Shown here piece by piece: positions 1 to 8,295 of a DNA stretch of 62,871 bases (position 1 is the stretch's first letter; the number at the start of each line of letters is the position of its first letter). The notes below the pieces were generated by a model. The model was not told the origin of the DNA, did no database searches, and worked only from the letters and a program-made list of their open reading frames with translations. The stretch comes from Sandaracinaceae bacterium. GTDB taxonomy: Bacteria; Myxococcota_A; Polyangia; Polyangiales; Sandaracinaceae. The stretch spans positions 1 to 62,871 of the forward strand of contig JBGAQA010000036.1 in the NCBI GenBank assembly GCA_044220955.1, written 5' to 3'. The position numbers and the translations under genes were made by a program.

Positions 1-1168
1 TGGCCTTGCGCGACTGCACGTGGACGTGGCAGGGCCCCGTCAGCGACGCGAGCACGCGTAGCATGCGGCTCGGCCCCGTGACCTCGAGGCGCGCGTCGAA
101 TTTCGGCTCTTCGAGCGCCCGCGCGCGCAGCTCGTGATCGTGGGTGACGAGCGGCGCCAGGCGCAGCGCGAGCTCCGTGAGGTCCGGCGTCGCGGCGCTC
201 TCGGGCCAGATCTCCGCCCACGGAACCACCAGCATCGCCGCCCAGCGCAGCCGCACGTCGCGACGGATCGCGCGCACGACCTCGTAGCCCGTGCCGTCCA
301 TGCCCGCTGCGTCGACGATCACCACCTGGGGATCGAGCCCGCGCGCGCGCTCGATACCGCGGGCGCTCGGATCGGCGACCGCGACGACCGAGCCGCGGGC
401 GCGCAGCTCCTGGGACAGCGTGTCGGCGCGGGACGCGTCGGTGTCCACCAGGATGATGCGCAGCCCCGCGAGCACCGAGAGATCACCGCGCCCCGCGGGC
501 TCGTGGTCGAGCAGGCCGACGGGCCCACCCGCGCTCGCGTGCAGCTCGTAGGTCAGCGGCTCGGCACGCGAGACGAGCGGGCGCAGCTTGCGCACGAACT
601 CCTCGACGGCGTCGGCGACGGGCCGTCCGGCCCCGAGCACGATGCGCATCGGCTCACCGCCCGCACCGCCCCGCTGACGGCCGACCGAGAGGATCCCGGA
701 GCGCAGCTCGCTGGCCACCATCGTCACGAGCTCGTCGAACGTCGCCTCGCCGAGCTCGTCAGGGCGGGCCTCGCCGCGCTCGGCGATCTCCTTGGCGACG
801 CTGGCGATGCGCGTCGCGATCTGATCGGCGCTCGCGGTGCGCGCCACCACGGCGACGGCGCCCGCCCGGAACGCGGTGACTCGTCCGTCCAGCTTCTCGG
901 CGTGCCCGAGGACGATCACGGGCACGACGCTGGTCACGGCGTCGGTCGCGAGCGCGTCGAGGATCGCCCGGCCGCCGTCGGCCGCCGCGTCGCCGACGAG
1001 CAGCACGACGTCGGGCGCGATGGTGCGCACGGCCGTCTTCACGTCGCCGCTCGCGTCGGTGACCGCGAGTCCATGGCGGTCCAGCGCCACCTTGAGCGCG
1101 GCGTCCATGGCCTCCCCGTGACCCACCATCAGGAGCGTCGGGCGAATCGGATCGGTCACCTCGGGCAC
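1..1168 (-). CDS. Multidomain protein with two receiver-like domains, each followed by a DUF4388-like segment (3' end runs off the window)
   Basis: Not in the ORF track because no stop lies in the window. Manual translation from GTG 1168: MPEVTDPIRPTLLMVGHGEAM...APDVVLLVGD...VPVIVLG...FRAGAVAVV...GEATFDELVTMVASELRSGILSV...LRIILVDTD...DPQVVIVD...GYEVVRAIRRD. Confidence 0.7.
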   Translation of the reverse strand, partial: MPEVTDPIRPTLLMVGHGEAMDAALKVALDRHGLAVTDASGDVKTAVRTIAPDVVLLVGDAAADGGRAILDALATDAVTSVVPVIVLGHAEKLDGRVTAFRAGAVAVVARTASADQIATRIASVAKEIAERGEARPDELGEATFDELVTMVASELRSGILSVGRQRGGAGGEPMRIVLGAGRPVADAVEEFVRKLRPLVSRAEPLTYELHASAGGPVGLLDHEPAGRGDLSVLAGLRIILVDTDASRADTLSQELRARGSVVAVADPSARGIERARGLDPQVVIVDAAGMDGTGYEVVRAIRRDVRLRWAAMLVVPWAEIWPESAATPDLTELALRLAPLVTHDHELRARALEEPKFDARLEVTGPSRMLRVLASLTGPCHVHVQSRKA

Positions 1169-1246
1169 GGGAGGCCCATGTTCACAGAAATCGCCGGACG
1201 GCGCCAAGTCGCGACGAAGCGACTCGCCGGGCCTGGATCCCCGCGC

Positions 1247-2632
1247 TCAGCCGCAGAAACCCGTGGCACGGGGAGTGATGGTGACGTTCAGCTGGTAGTT
1301 GCCGGTGGCCGAGCCGTCGAAGCCGTCGACGAGCACGTGCACGCGGGTACCGGCACCGCCGGGCACACAGACGTTCAGGCGGCTGCGGTTGTTCGACCCC
1401 GTGATGTCGTCGTTGCACAGGCGGGTGTCGAAGTTGCCGCACGTGTTCCCGACCGTCGCGCCGAGCACCGTGTCGAAGGTCGTGTTCGGGTTGTCGGTGG
1501 TGAACGTGACGTCGACCGCCCCGCCGGCCGGGATGTCGACGTAGTACACGGCGTCCAGGCCGCCGTCGTGGCCGCACATGGTCACGTAGTCGTCGCTGTC
1601 GTCGACGTTGCTGCCGGTGACCATCCCCGCTCGCGCCGGTCCGCCCGAGCTGCTCACCATGATGGCCGTCTCGCTGCTGCAGTCGTCCGGACCCGGCGGG
1701 AGGCATCCGCTCTCGTCGATGTTGCCGTCGCAATTGTCGTCGATGCCGTTGCAGAGCTCCGTCGCCCCCGGGTGGATGGCGGCGCTCATGTCGTTGCAGT
1801 CGTCGCCGCCGGGACACGTCACGGTGCCCATGCTGCCGTTCGCCCGCATGATCGCATGACCGTCGCGATCGTCGTCGCGGGGCGGATGCAGGCACGTGGC
1901 CGTGCCCGGGTCGCACATCGTCGGGTCGGACGTGCAAGGGTTGCCGTCGGCCGGGCACGTCGACGGGGAGCCGCCGACGCAGCCGGCGCCGACCTGACAG
2001 ACCGCCCCGGAGAGGCAGCCACCGTTGCACATCGCGTCGTTCGTGACGTGCACGCATCCGCCCGGAGCGCACGTGTCCGTGGTGCAGCCGAAGGTGTCGT
2101 CGCAGGCGCTGTCGTGGGCCTCGTGGACGCAGCCCGTCACCGAGTTGCAGTCGTCGGCCGTGCAGTCGACGCGATCGTTGCAGTCGGGCGGCGTCCCATC
2201 GAGGCAGCCCGACGCGTCGGCGCCGGGGCTCCCTGGCGCACACGTCTCGGCGCCGTTGCACGCGTTCCCGTCCGAGCACTCGGCGTCCGAGGAGCAGGTC
2301 GACGAGACGCAGCCGAGCGTGGCCGAGCACCGCATCCCAGCGCCGCAGACGGCGTCGTCGGGCACGTGCATGCAGGTGCTCCCGTTGCAGCTGTCGATCG
2401 TGCACGGGAACGAGTCGGCGCACCCGCCCGCACAGCCACCGCCGCCCGTGTCGTTTCCGGGGCCGCCGTCGGTGCGGACGCCCGTGTCGGGCCGGACCAT
2501 GCCGCTGTCGAGCGTGCCAGTGCCCGTGTCGGGCCCGCCGCCGAGCCGCGTCGTGTCCGGGCTCACGATGGCGCTGCACGCGGGGACGACGCCGAGGAGG
2601 ACCAGGACCGAAGCCAAGCGGCCGAGCTGCAT
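1247..2632 (-). CDS. Cys-rich lipoprotein with putative metal-binding motif and CxDxxxCTxDxC repeats
   Basis: Lipobox VVPAC after MQLGRLASVLVLLG; repeats CADSFPCTIDSC, CNDRVDCTADDC, CDDTFGCTTDTC; DCNDMSAAIHPGATELCNGIDDNCDGNIDE motif. Confidence 0.8.
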   Translation of the reverse strand: MQLGRLASVLVLLGVVPACSAIVSPDTTRLGGGPDTGTGTLDSGMVRPDTGVRTDGGPGNDTGGGGCAGGCADSFPCTIDSCNGSTCMHVPDDAVCGAGMRCSATLGCVSSTCSSDAECSDGNACNGAETCAPGSPGADASGCLDGTPPDCNDRVDCTADDCNSVTGCVHEAHDSACDDTFGCTTDTCAPGGCVHVTNDAMCNGGCLSGAVCQVGAGCVGGSPSTCPADGNPCTSDPTMCDPGTATCLHPPRDDDRDGHAIMRANGSMGTVTCPGGDDCNDMSAAIHPGATELCNGIDDNCDGNIDESGCLPPGPDDCSSETAIMVSSSGGPARAGMVTGSNVDDSDDYVTMCGHDGGLDAVYYVDIPAGGAVDVTFTTDNPNTTFDTVLGATVGNTCGNFDTRLCNDDITGSNNRSRLNVCVPGGAGTRVHVLVDGFDGSATGNYQLNVTITPRATGFCG

Positions 2633-2738
2633 GGGCGAAGCCTCCAGAGAAAGACGTACCATCCTAACAGATGACGAGCGCGCTGGGGATCGCGCTTGAG
2701 GCGTTCCCGTCGCGTGCCCCGCCGTGTACAAACCACGC

Positions 2739-4253
2739 GTGCCGCGCTTCGCCGCCATCGACGTGGGCTCCAACGCGTCGCGCCTCCTGGTCGTCGAGGC
2801 CGAGGCCGCCGACCGGATGCTCGAGATCGCCTCGATGCGCAGGCCCGTGCGCATGGGGCACTCGGTGTTCCTCACGGGCAAGCTCGATCCCAAGGCGATC
2901 GATGGTTGCGTGCGGGTGCTCAAGGAGTTCAAGAAGCGGCTCGTCGAGCTCGACGTCACCGAGGTGCGCGCCGTCGTGACCGCCTCGGCACGCGACGCGG
3001 AGAACGCGAGCGTGCTCCTCGAGAGGGCGCGCGATGCCGGTGTCGACCTCGAGGCCATCGACGGAACCGAGGAAGCCCGGCTCATGAAGGTGGCGGTCGA
3101 GCAGCGGGTGCCGCTCGCCGACAAGCGCGCGCTGCTCTGCGACCTCGGCGGCGGCTCGCTCGAGCTGAGCGAGGTGCACCACGACGAGGTGCGCTTCTCG
3201 ACCTCGCTCGGGATCGGCACCGTGCGCATGCTCGAGTCGTTCCTCGACGACGGGCGGCCCGTGACGAAGGCGCAGGAGAAGCTCCTCGTCGAGTACGTGG
3301 AGCGCATGCTCGGCCCCGTCTCGCAGAGCTACGGCCGGCGCACCTACGACGTCGTCGCGGGCACCGGAGGCAGCTTCGACGCGATCGCGGCCCTCGTGCC
3401 GATCAAGGGGCGCCCGATCCCGACGATCGACGTGAGCGCCGCGCGCAAGCTGCTGGCCCGCATGAAGAAGATGTCCGCCGCGGCGCGCCGCAAGCGCTAC
3501 GGCCTCAGGCCGGATCGCGCGGACGTGATCGTGCCGGCGCTCTACGCCGTGGTCGCGGTGGCCGACCTCGCACGCACCGACGCGATCCTGGCGCCAGGCG
3601 TCGGCCTGAAGGAGGGCCTCGCCTCCGAGCTGGTCGAGAAGCACTTCCGCGTCTGGGATCCGAAGCTCGACGAGCACCTCGCCACGCGCGCGGCGCTCCA
3701 GCTCGGCCGGCGCTACCACTTCGACGAGACGCACGCGACGCAGGTGGACCGCATCGCGGTCCAGCTCTTCGACCGCCTCGCGGAGCTGCACGAGCTCGGG
3801 CCCGAGGACCGAGTGCTGCTGCGCGTCGCGGCGCTCACCCACGACATCGGCGAGTTCGTCGAGTCGTCCGCCCACCACAAGCACACCCAGTACATCCTGG
3901 AGCACTCGGACATCATGGGGCTCTCGCCCGAGCTGCGGACCATCGTCGGGTGCATCGCCCGCTACCACCGCCGCGCCGCGCCCTCCCAGAAGCACGAGAC
4001 CTACGGCGCGCTCGAGCCCGACGCGCAGCGCAAGGTGCGGCGCCTCGCGGCCATCCTGCGCATCGCCGACGGGCTCGACCGCGGCCATCGCAGCAAGGTC
4101 CAGAGCCTCGAGGTCGCCGTGTCCAGCCGCGAGGTCACGCTCAAGGCCACGGGCCGCGAGGATCTTTCGCTCGAGCTGTGGACGACGGCGCGCAAGGCCG
4201 CGCTCTTCGAGCAGACGTTCAAGCGGCCGGTACGCATCACCTCGAGCGCGTGA
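2739..4253 (+). CDS. ppx: Exopolyphosphatase / pppGpp phosphohydrolase (Ppx/GppA) with C-terminal HD domain
   Basis: AAIDVGSN, IDGTEEARL, DLGGGSLE, GLKEG, LTHDIG..HHKH and LRIADGLD motifs; GTG 2739 chosen as start (track gives 2724). Confidence 0.92.
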   Translation: MPRFAAIDVGSNASRLLVVEAEAADRMLEIASMRRPVRMGHSVFLTGKLDPKAIDGCVRVLKEFKKRLVELDVTEVRAVVTASARDAENASVLLERARDAGVDLEAIDGTEEARLMKVAVEQRVPLADKRALLCDLGGGSLELSEVHHDEVRFSTSLGIGTVRMLESFLDDGRPVTKAQEKLLVEYVERMLGPVSQSYGRRTYDVVAGTGGSFDAIAALVPIKGRPIPTIDVSAARKLLARMKKMSAAARRKRYGLRPDRADVIVPALYAVVAVADLARTDAILAPGVGLKEGLASELVEKHFRVWDPKLDEHLATRAALQLGRRYHFDETHATQVDRIAVQLFDRLAELHELGPEDRVLLRVAALTHDIGEFVESSAHHKHTQYILEHSDIMGLSPELRTIVGCIARYHRRAAPSQKHETYGALEPDAQRKVRRLAAILRIADGLDRGHRSKVQSLEVAVSSREVTLKATGREDLSLELWTTARKAALFEQTFKRPVRITSSA

Positions 4254-4290
4254 GCCGGGGCGGGCGTCGGCCGGGCTCCGCGCGCCGCGA

Positions 4291-5593
4291 TCAGCGCCCG
4301 AAGACCCAAACGGCGAGCGGCAGATCCTCGCGCACGGCGCCGGTGCCGCAGATGCGTCCGCCGCCCGCGCTGCTCGCGACGGCGCGGCTACCCCGTGCCC
4401 TCCGCACCGGCGCCGGCCCAGAAGCCGGGCGTCGCGCAGCCCGTCACGTCGGACCACACGTACCCGATCCGGACGCGCACCGCGGGCGCGGCCTCGGGCA
4501 CGAGCGCGGGCACGCCGGCGACCTCGCAGACGCCCGCGCCCGGCGTCGAGCGGGCCCCGACCAGCGTCACCCACGCGCTCTGGGGTGCGTCCAAGAGGAC
4601 GTGTGCGCTCGCCTCCATCGCGCTGCGCAGCGTGACGGTGGTCGCCGGGACGAGCGCGGTGACGAGCGAGCGCGTCGTCGCCGGCGTCGCGCGATCCGCG
4701 ACCACGATCCGGAGCTCGCGCAAGGGCACGGTCCAGTAGCTCGGCAGGAGCGCGTCGCCGACGCTGAGATCTGCAGTGCCGAACGCGCCGGAGGCCCCGA
4801 CGCTCGTCCACGCCGTCGCCGAGTAGGCCAGCGCGGCCGTCGCGGGATCGACCTTCGCGATCAGGGTCCAGCCGCCTCCGTCCGCGCTCGTCTCGCAGTA
4901 GTCGAGGAAGGGCGCCGCGCCCCCTGGACCATCGGGGTCGATCTCCACGGCACCGGCGACAGCCGTGGCAGGCAGCTCGCTGCACGCGCGCGGTGGAGCA
5001 CCGGCGTCGCGCGCCCCGTCGGGGCCGGCATCGACGGGGCCGGCGTCGACACGGCCCGCGTCGCGGCCGGCGTCGGGCGTTCCCACGTCGGCCCGGGCCG
5101 CATCCCCGGCGTCGAGCTCGGTGCCCGGCTCGACGGCGGGGAGCGACGCGGGATCGACGGCCGCGCTGGCGCACGCGCCGGCGATGCACGTCGAGCTGCC
5201 GGGACACGCGGCCGCGTCGAGGCACGCTCGCTCGAGGGTGACCGAGAGCAGGAGGGTGCGCTCCGCGACGAACGAGGTCTCGACGCGCCGGACCACGCGA
5301 TCCGCTCCCGCGCCGTCCCGCCCGCGGACGACGAGCGCCAGCGGTCCCCCCGATCCGGCCGGCAGCACCGCGAACGAGAACGGCACGGCGATCGCGGCAG
5401 ATCCGTCGAGCGCGAAGTCGTGCGTGCACGACGCGGACGTGCACGCGGCGCCGCCGACCTCGACGTGGACCGACGAGAGCTCCTCGGGGACCCTCAGATC
5501 CGAGCTCACGGCCACGACGATCGCCGTCGGGGCGCGGTCCGCACAGCTCGCGAGCGCGATGGCCGTGACCCAGGCGAGCGACCGCGACGACAC
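4291..5593 (-). pseudogene. Lipoprotein with fibrinogen-like C-terminal domain; frameshifted near the 3' end
   Basis: Lipobox LASC; YCETSADGGGWTLIAK motif; in-frame TAG at 4388-4390, while the adjacent frame continues GSRAVASSAGGGRICG...LAVWVFGR* to 4291. Confidence 0.65.
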
Positions 5594-5689
5594 GGCTCCA
5601 TTGTAGGCGTGGCACGCACGCGCGCGAGCGCCAATCGTGGTGACGGAACCCTGGACGCCACGATCGGAACTGCGTAGCGTAGTGGAGGG

Positions 5690-6646
5690 ATGGCGTCGTC
5701 GGCAGCTCCGCCCTTGCGGCTCTATGAACGGGCGCTTCGCGAAGCGCTCGAGGGTGCGATGTCGGTCGAGAGGGCGAACGCGGTGCACGCGTCGGCGCTC
5801 GCGCGCGCCGGCCTCGTCGAGACGCCGGAGGATCTCGTCGCGTTCCAGGCGTTCGTCCAGGGCGCGCTCACGAGCACACTGGCGGCGATGTGCGGCGCGG
5901 ACGCGACGGATGCCTGCATCGAGCGGCTCAGCCACGTCTTGTGGATGGCCTCCAGCACCGTCCGTGGCGTCGTGCCGACCCCGCGCCGTCTCGCCAGCTC
6001 GTTCGACCCGGCCGCGGGATCCGGCCCACGGGTGCGAGGCGATCGATCCGCGCCCGCCTCGGCCCGCGCCGCGGACGAGCGGGACGGCGAGGCCCCGTCG
6101 GGGATGCGCGAGGTGGAGGCGCCGGGCGCCTCGAGCAACGCGAATCGCCCCACCCTCCCCGCACCGCCCGCGCCAGGCGTGCCGCCCGCGAGCGCATCCG
6201 CCCAGTCCAGCGGACGTCACGCGATCGGTCGCCTCTCGGTGCCGCGCGTGCCCGCGGTGCTCGAGACGCGCGCCGAGCGTCAGCCCGTGCGAGGGGCGGT
6301 GCTCGTGGTGAGCCTCGACACGGAGCTCACCCCCGAGGTGGAGCGCGCGGTCGGCGACCGGCGGCCGGTCGTGCATGTCCGGTCCCAGGCCGATCTCGTG
6401 CGCGCGATCTCCAGCCTGCGCGCGACGGGATTCACGGTGCTCGTCGACAGCATGCTGCCCTCGGTCGAGCTCCCGACGTTCGTCGGCATGTGCTCGCTGC
6501 TGCCGCCCGCCACGCGTGTGCTGCTCTGGGCCGCCGACGCACGCCAGAAGAAGCGTCTCGCGACGAGCTACCCCATCGCCAACGAGTGGATCGTGTGTGG
6601 GGAGACCACCACGCTCGTCGAGCTGCTGATCGATCGCGAAGACTGA
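5690..6646 (+). CDS. Hypothetical protein: helical N-terminal domain, low-complexity linker, degenerate receiver-like C-terminal domain
   Basis: GGAGG before the ATG; C-terminal VLVVSLD...TVLVDSMLP...RVLLW pattern. Confidence 0.6.
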   Translation: MASSAAPPLRLYERALREALEGAMSVERANAVHASALARAGLVETPEDLVAFQAFVQGALTSTLAAMCGADATDACIERLSHVLWMASSTVRGVVPTPRRLASSFDPAAGSGPRVRGDRSAPASARAADERDGEAPSGMREVEAPGASSNANRPTLPAPPAPGVPPASASAQSSGRHAIGRLSVPRVPAVLETRAERQPVRGAVLVVSLDTELTPEVERAVGDRRPVVHVRSQADLVRAISSLRATGFTVLVDSMLPSVELPTFVGMCSLLPPATRVLLWAADARQKKRLATSYPIANEWIVCGETTTLVELLIDRED

Positions 6647-6793
6647 CGACTTCTTCTCAGGGGTCGCTCGCGGTCGTCTCGCGCGGCCGCCTCGATCATG
6701 CCCGGCGCGGATCCACGTTCTGGGGGCGTCGAGTCGCGCCCATGCGCGCACCGCGGTCGACCGGCGTGCCCCGGTCGCGTGGCCGAACGGCCA

Positions 6794-8059
6794 TCACCAC
6801 TCGGAGGCCAGCCCCGACGACGAGCGCGTAGGCGGCGGCGAGCCGGCGGAGTGAGGCGAGCCGGGCGTCTCGGAGCGTGCGTGCCGTCCCGGCACGCGAC
6901 GCGGCGCTTCGGTGGCCTCGCTCGGCGGCGGCGCCGGTGCGACCGCCGCCTCGGTCCGAGGCGCGCCGATCGCAGGCACTTCGGCGCGCGATGCGGGTGG
7001 CGGGACGGGCGCCGGAGAGGCTACCCGAGCTTCGGCGCGCGGGGCCGGCGGCGGCGGAGCGAGCGTCCACGAGAGCGCCGCGAGGATCGCGACGAGCGCG
7101 ACGCCGGCCGCCACGTAGCGCGGCCAGATCCGCCGGGCGGGCGGGCGCTCGTTCGCCGCGTCGGACGAGGACGCCTGCGCGTGCGTGACCGGGAGCTGGC
7201 CCTCGAGCGCCCGGTCGAGCGCGGCGAGCATCGCGCGCATGTGCGGATAGCGGTGGGCGCGGTCGCTCACGAGCGCCCCCTCGACCCAGGCTGCGATCGG
7301 CGCGGGCAGGGACGGCGCGCGCGTGCCGAGCGCGACGTGCTCGCCGCGCGCGATGGCGAGGAGCAGCGCCGACGGCGCGGTCGCGAAGAACGGCAGCTCG
7401 CCCGAGAGACACCGATAGAGCGTCACGCCCATCGCCCAGACGTCGGTCGCGGCGTCGATGTCGCTCGCGCCCTCGGTCTGCTCCGGCGACATGTAGAACG
7501 GCGTGCCGACGAGGATCCCCGACTGCGTCATGTGGCCCCAGGCCACCTCGGCCGTCTTGGCCATGCCGAAGTCGAGCAGGATCGCGCGCGTGTGCCCGTC
7601 GCCGCGATCTCCCACGAGCACGTTCTCCGGCTTGAGATCGCGGTGCACGACGCCCCGCTCGTGCGCGAGGGCCACCGCCTCCATCAGCGGCCGCAGCAGG
7701 GAGAGCGTGCGCTCGACGGTGAGCGTCCCCTCGCGTCCGAGGAGCGCGCCGAGCGACTCGCCGCTCAGCCGTTCCATCGCCAGGTACGTGTCGCCCTCGG
7801 TGGTACCCATGTCGAGCACGGCCACGACGTTCGGGTGGGTCAGCGTGGAGGCGACGCGAGCCTCCTTGAGGAAGCGCGAGACGAGCTCTCGGTTCCTGGC
7901 GTGCTCCGGCTTGAGGATCTTGAGCGCGACGGGGCGCTTGGTGAAGGTCTGGGTCGCCGAGTACACGACGCTCGTGCCGCCCTCGCCGAGGATCGCGTCG
8001 AGCGCGTACCGTCCACCGAGGACGGTCCCGAGGCGCTCTTCGGCGGTCAGGATCGGCAC
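6794..8059 (-). CDS. Membrane-anchored Hanks-type Ser/Thr protein kinase
   Basis: LGEGGTSVVY, VALK, HRDLKPEN, DFG, GTPFYMSPEQ, DVWAMG; TM segment YVAAGVALVAILAALSW; extended -10 TGaTATCTT 7 nt upstream of GTG 8059. Confidence 0.9.
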   Translation of the reverse strand: MPILTAEERLGTVLGGRYALDAILGEGGTSVVYSATQTFTKRPVALKILKPEHARNRELVSRFLKEARVASTLTHPNVVAVLDMGTTEGDTYLAMERLSGESLGALLGREGTLTVERTLSLLRPLMEAVALAHERGVVHRDLKPENVLVGDRGDGHTRAILLDFGMAKTAEVAWGHMTQSGILVGTPFYMSPEQTEGASDIDAATDVWAMGVTLYRCLSGELPFFATAPSALLLAIARGEHVALGTRAPSLPAPIAAWVEGALVSDRAHRYPHMRAMLAALDRALEGQLPVTHAQASSSDAANERPPARRIWPRYVAAGVALVAILAALSWTLAPPPPAPRAEARVASPAPVPPPASRAEVPAIGAPRTEAAVAPAPPPSEATEAPRRVPGRHARSETPGSPHSAGSPPPTRSSSGLASEW

Positions 8060-8146
8060 GAGCCGCAAGATATCACGGCGAACGGCGCCGTCAGATCGGG
8101 CGCGTGCGCGGACGCGTGCTCGATTCCGTGGGGCGAGCGCCCCGAG

Positions 8147-8233
8147 CTCGGGGAGGAACACCTCGGGCATGCCGCCCGCACCGAGGCGCGCGAGGATGCG
8201 GTCGGGGCCGATGCGCTCGGGCAGCTCCGTCAC
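8147..8233 (-). pseudogene. Remnant of a second kinase N-terminus (subdomain I)
   Basis: VTELPERIGPDRILARLGAGGMPEVFL resembles the kinase start pattern P.RIGPYRI...LG.GGM..V.L. Confidence 0.55.
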
Positions 8234-8295
8234 GTCGGATGCCCGAACGGTGGCGCACCTCTCGCGCGTGCCGTCGCGCGATACACTGCGCAGCG

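Noticed and set aside
134..2674. Long Arg/Ala/Gly-rich ORFs (e.g. 134-2674, 2664-5615, 7503-10700, 13325-15979, 36956-39133, and the 5' part of 49413-52496)
   Set aside because: Shadow frames of real genes in very high-GC DNA; no motifs and skewed composition
4388..4390. TAG read-through (pyrrolysine) in the fibrinogen-like gene
   Set aside because: The in-frame continuation is Arg-rich and non-coding-like; the plausible tail is in another frame
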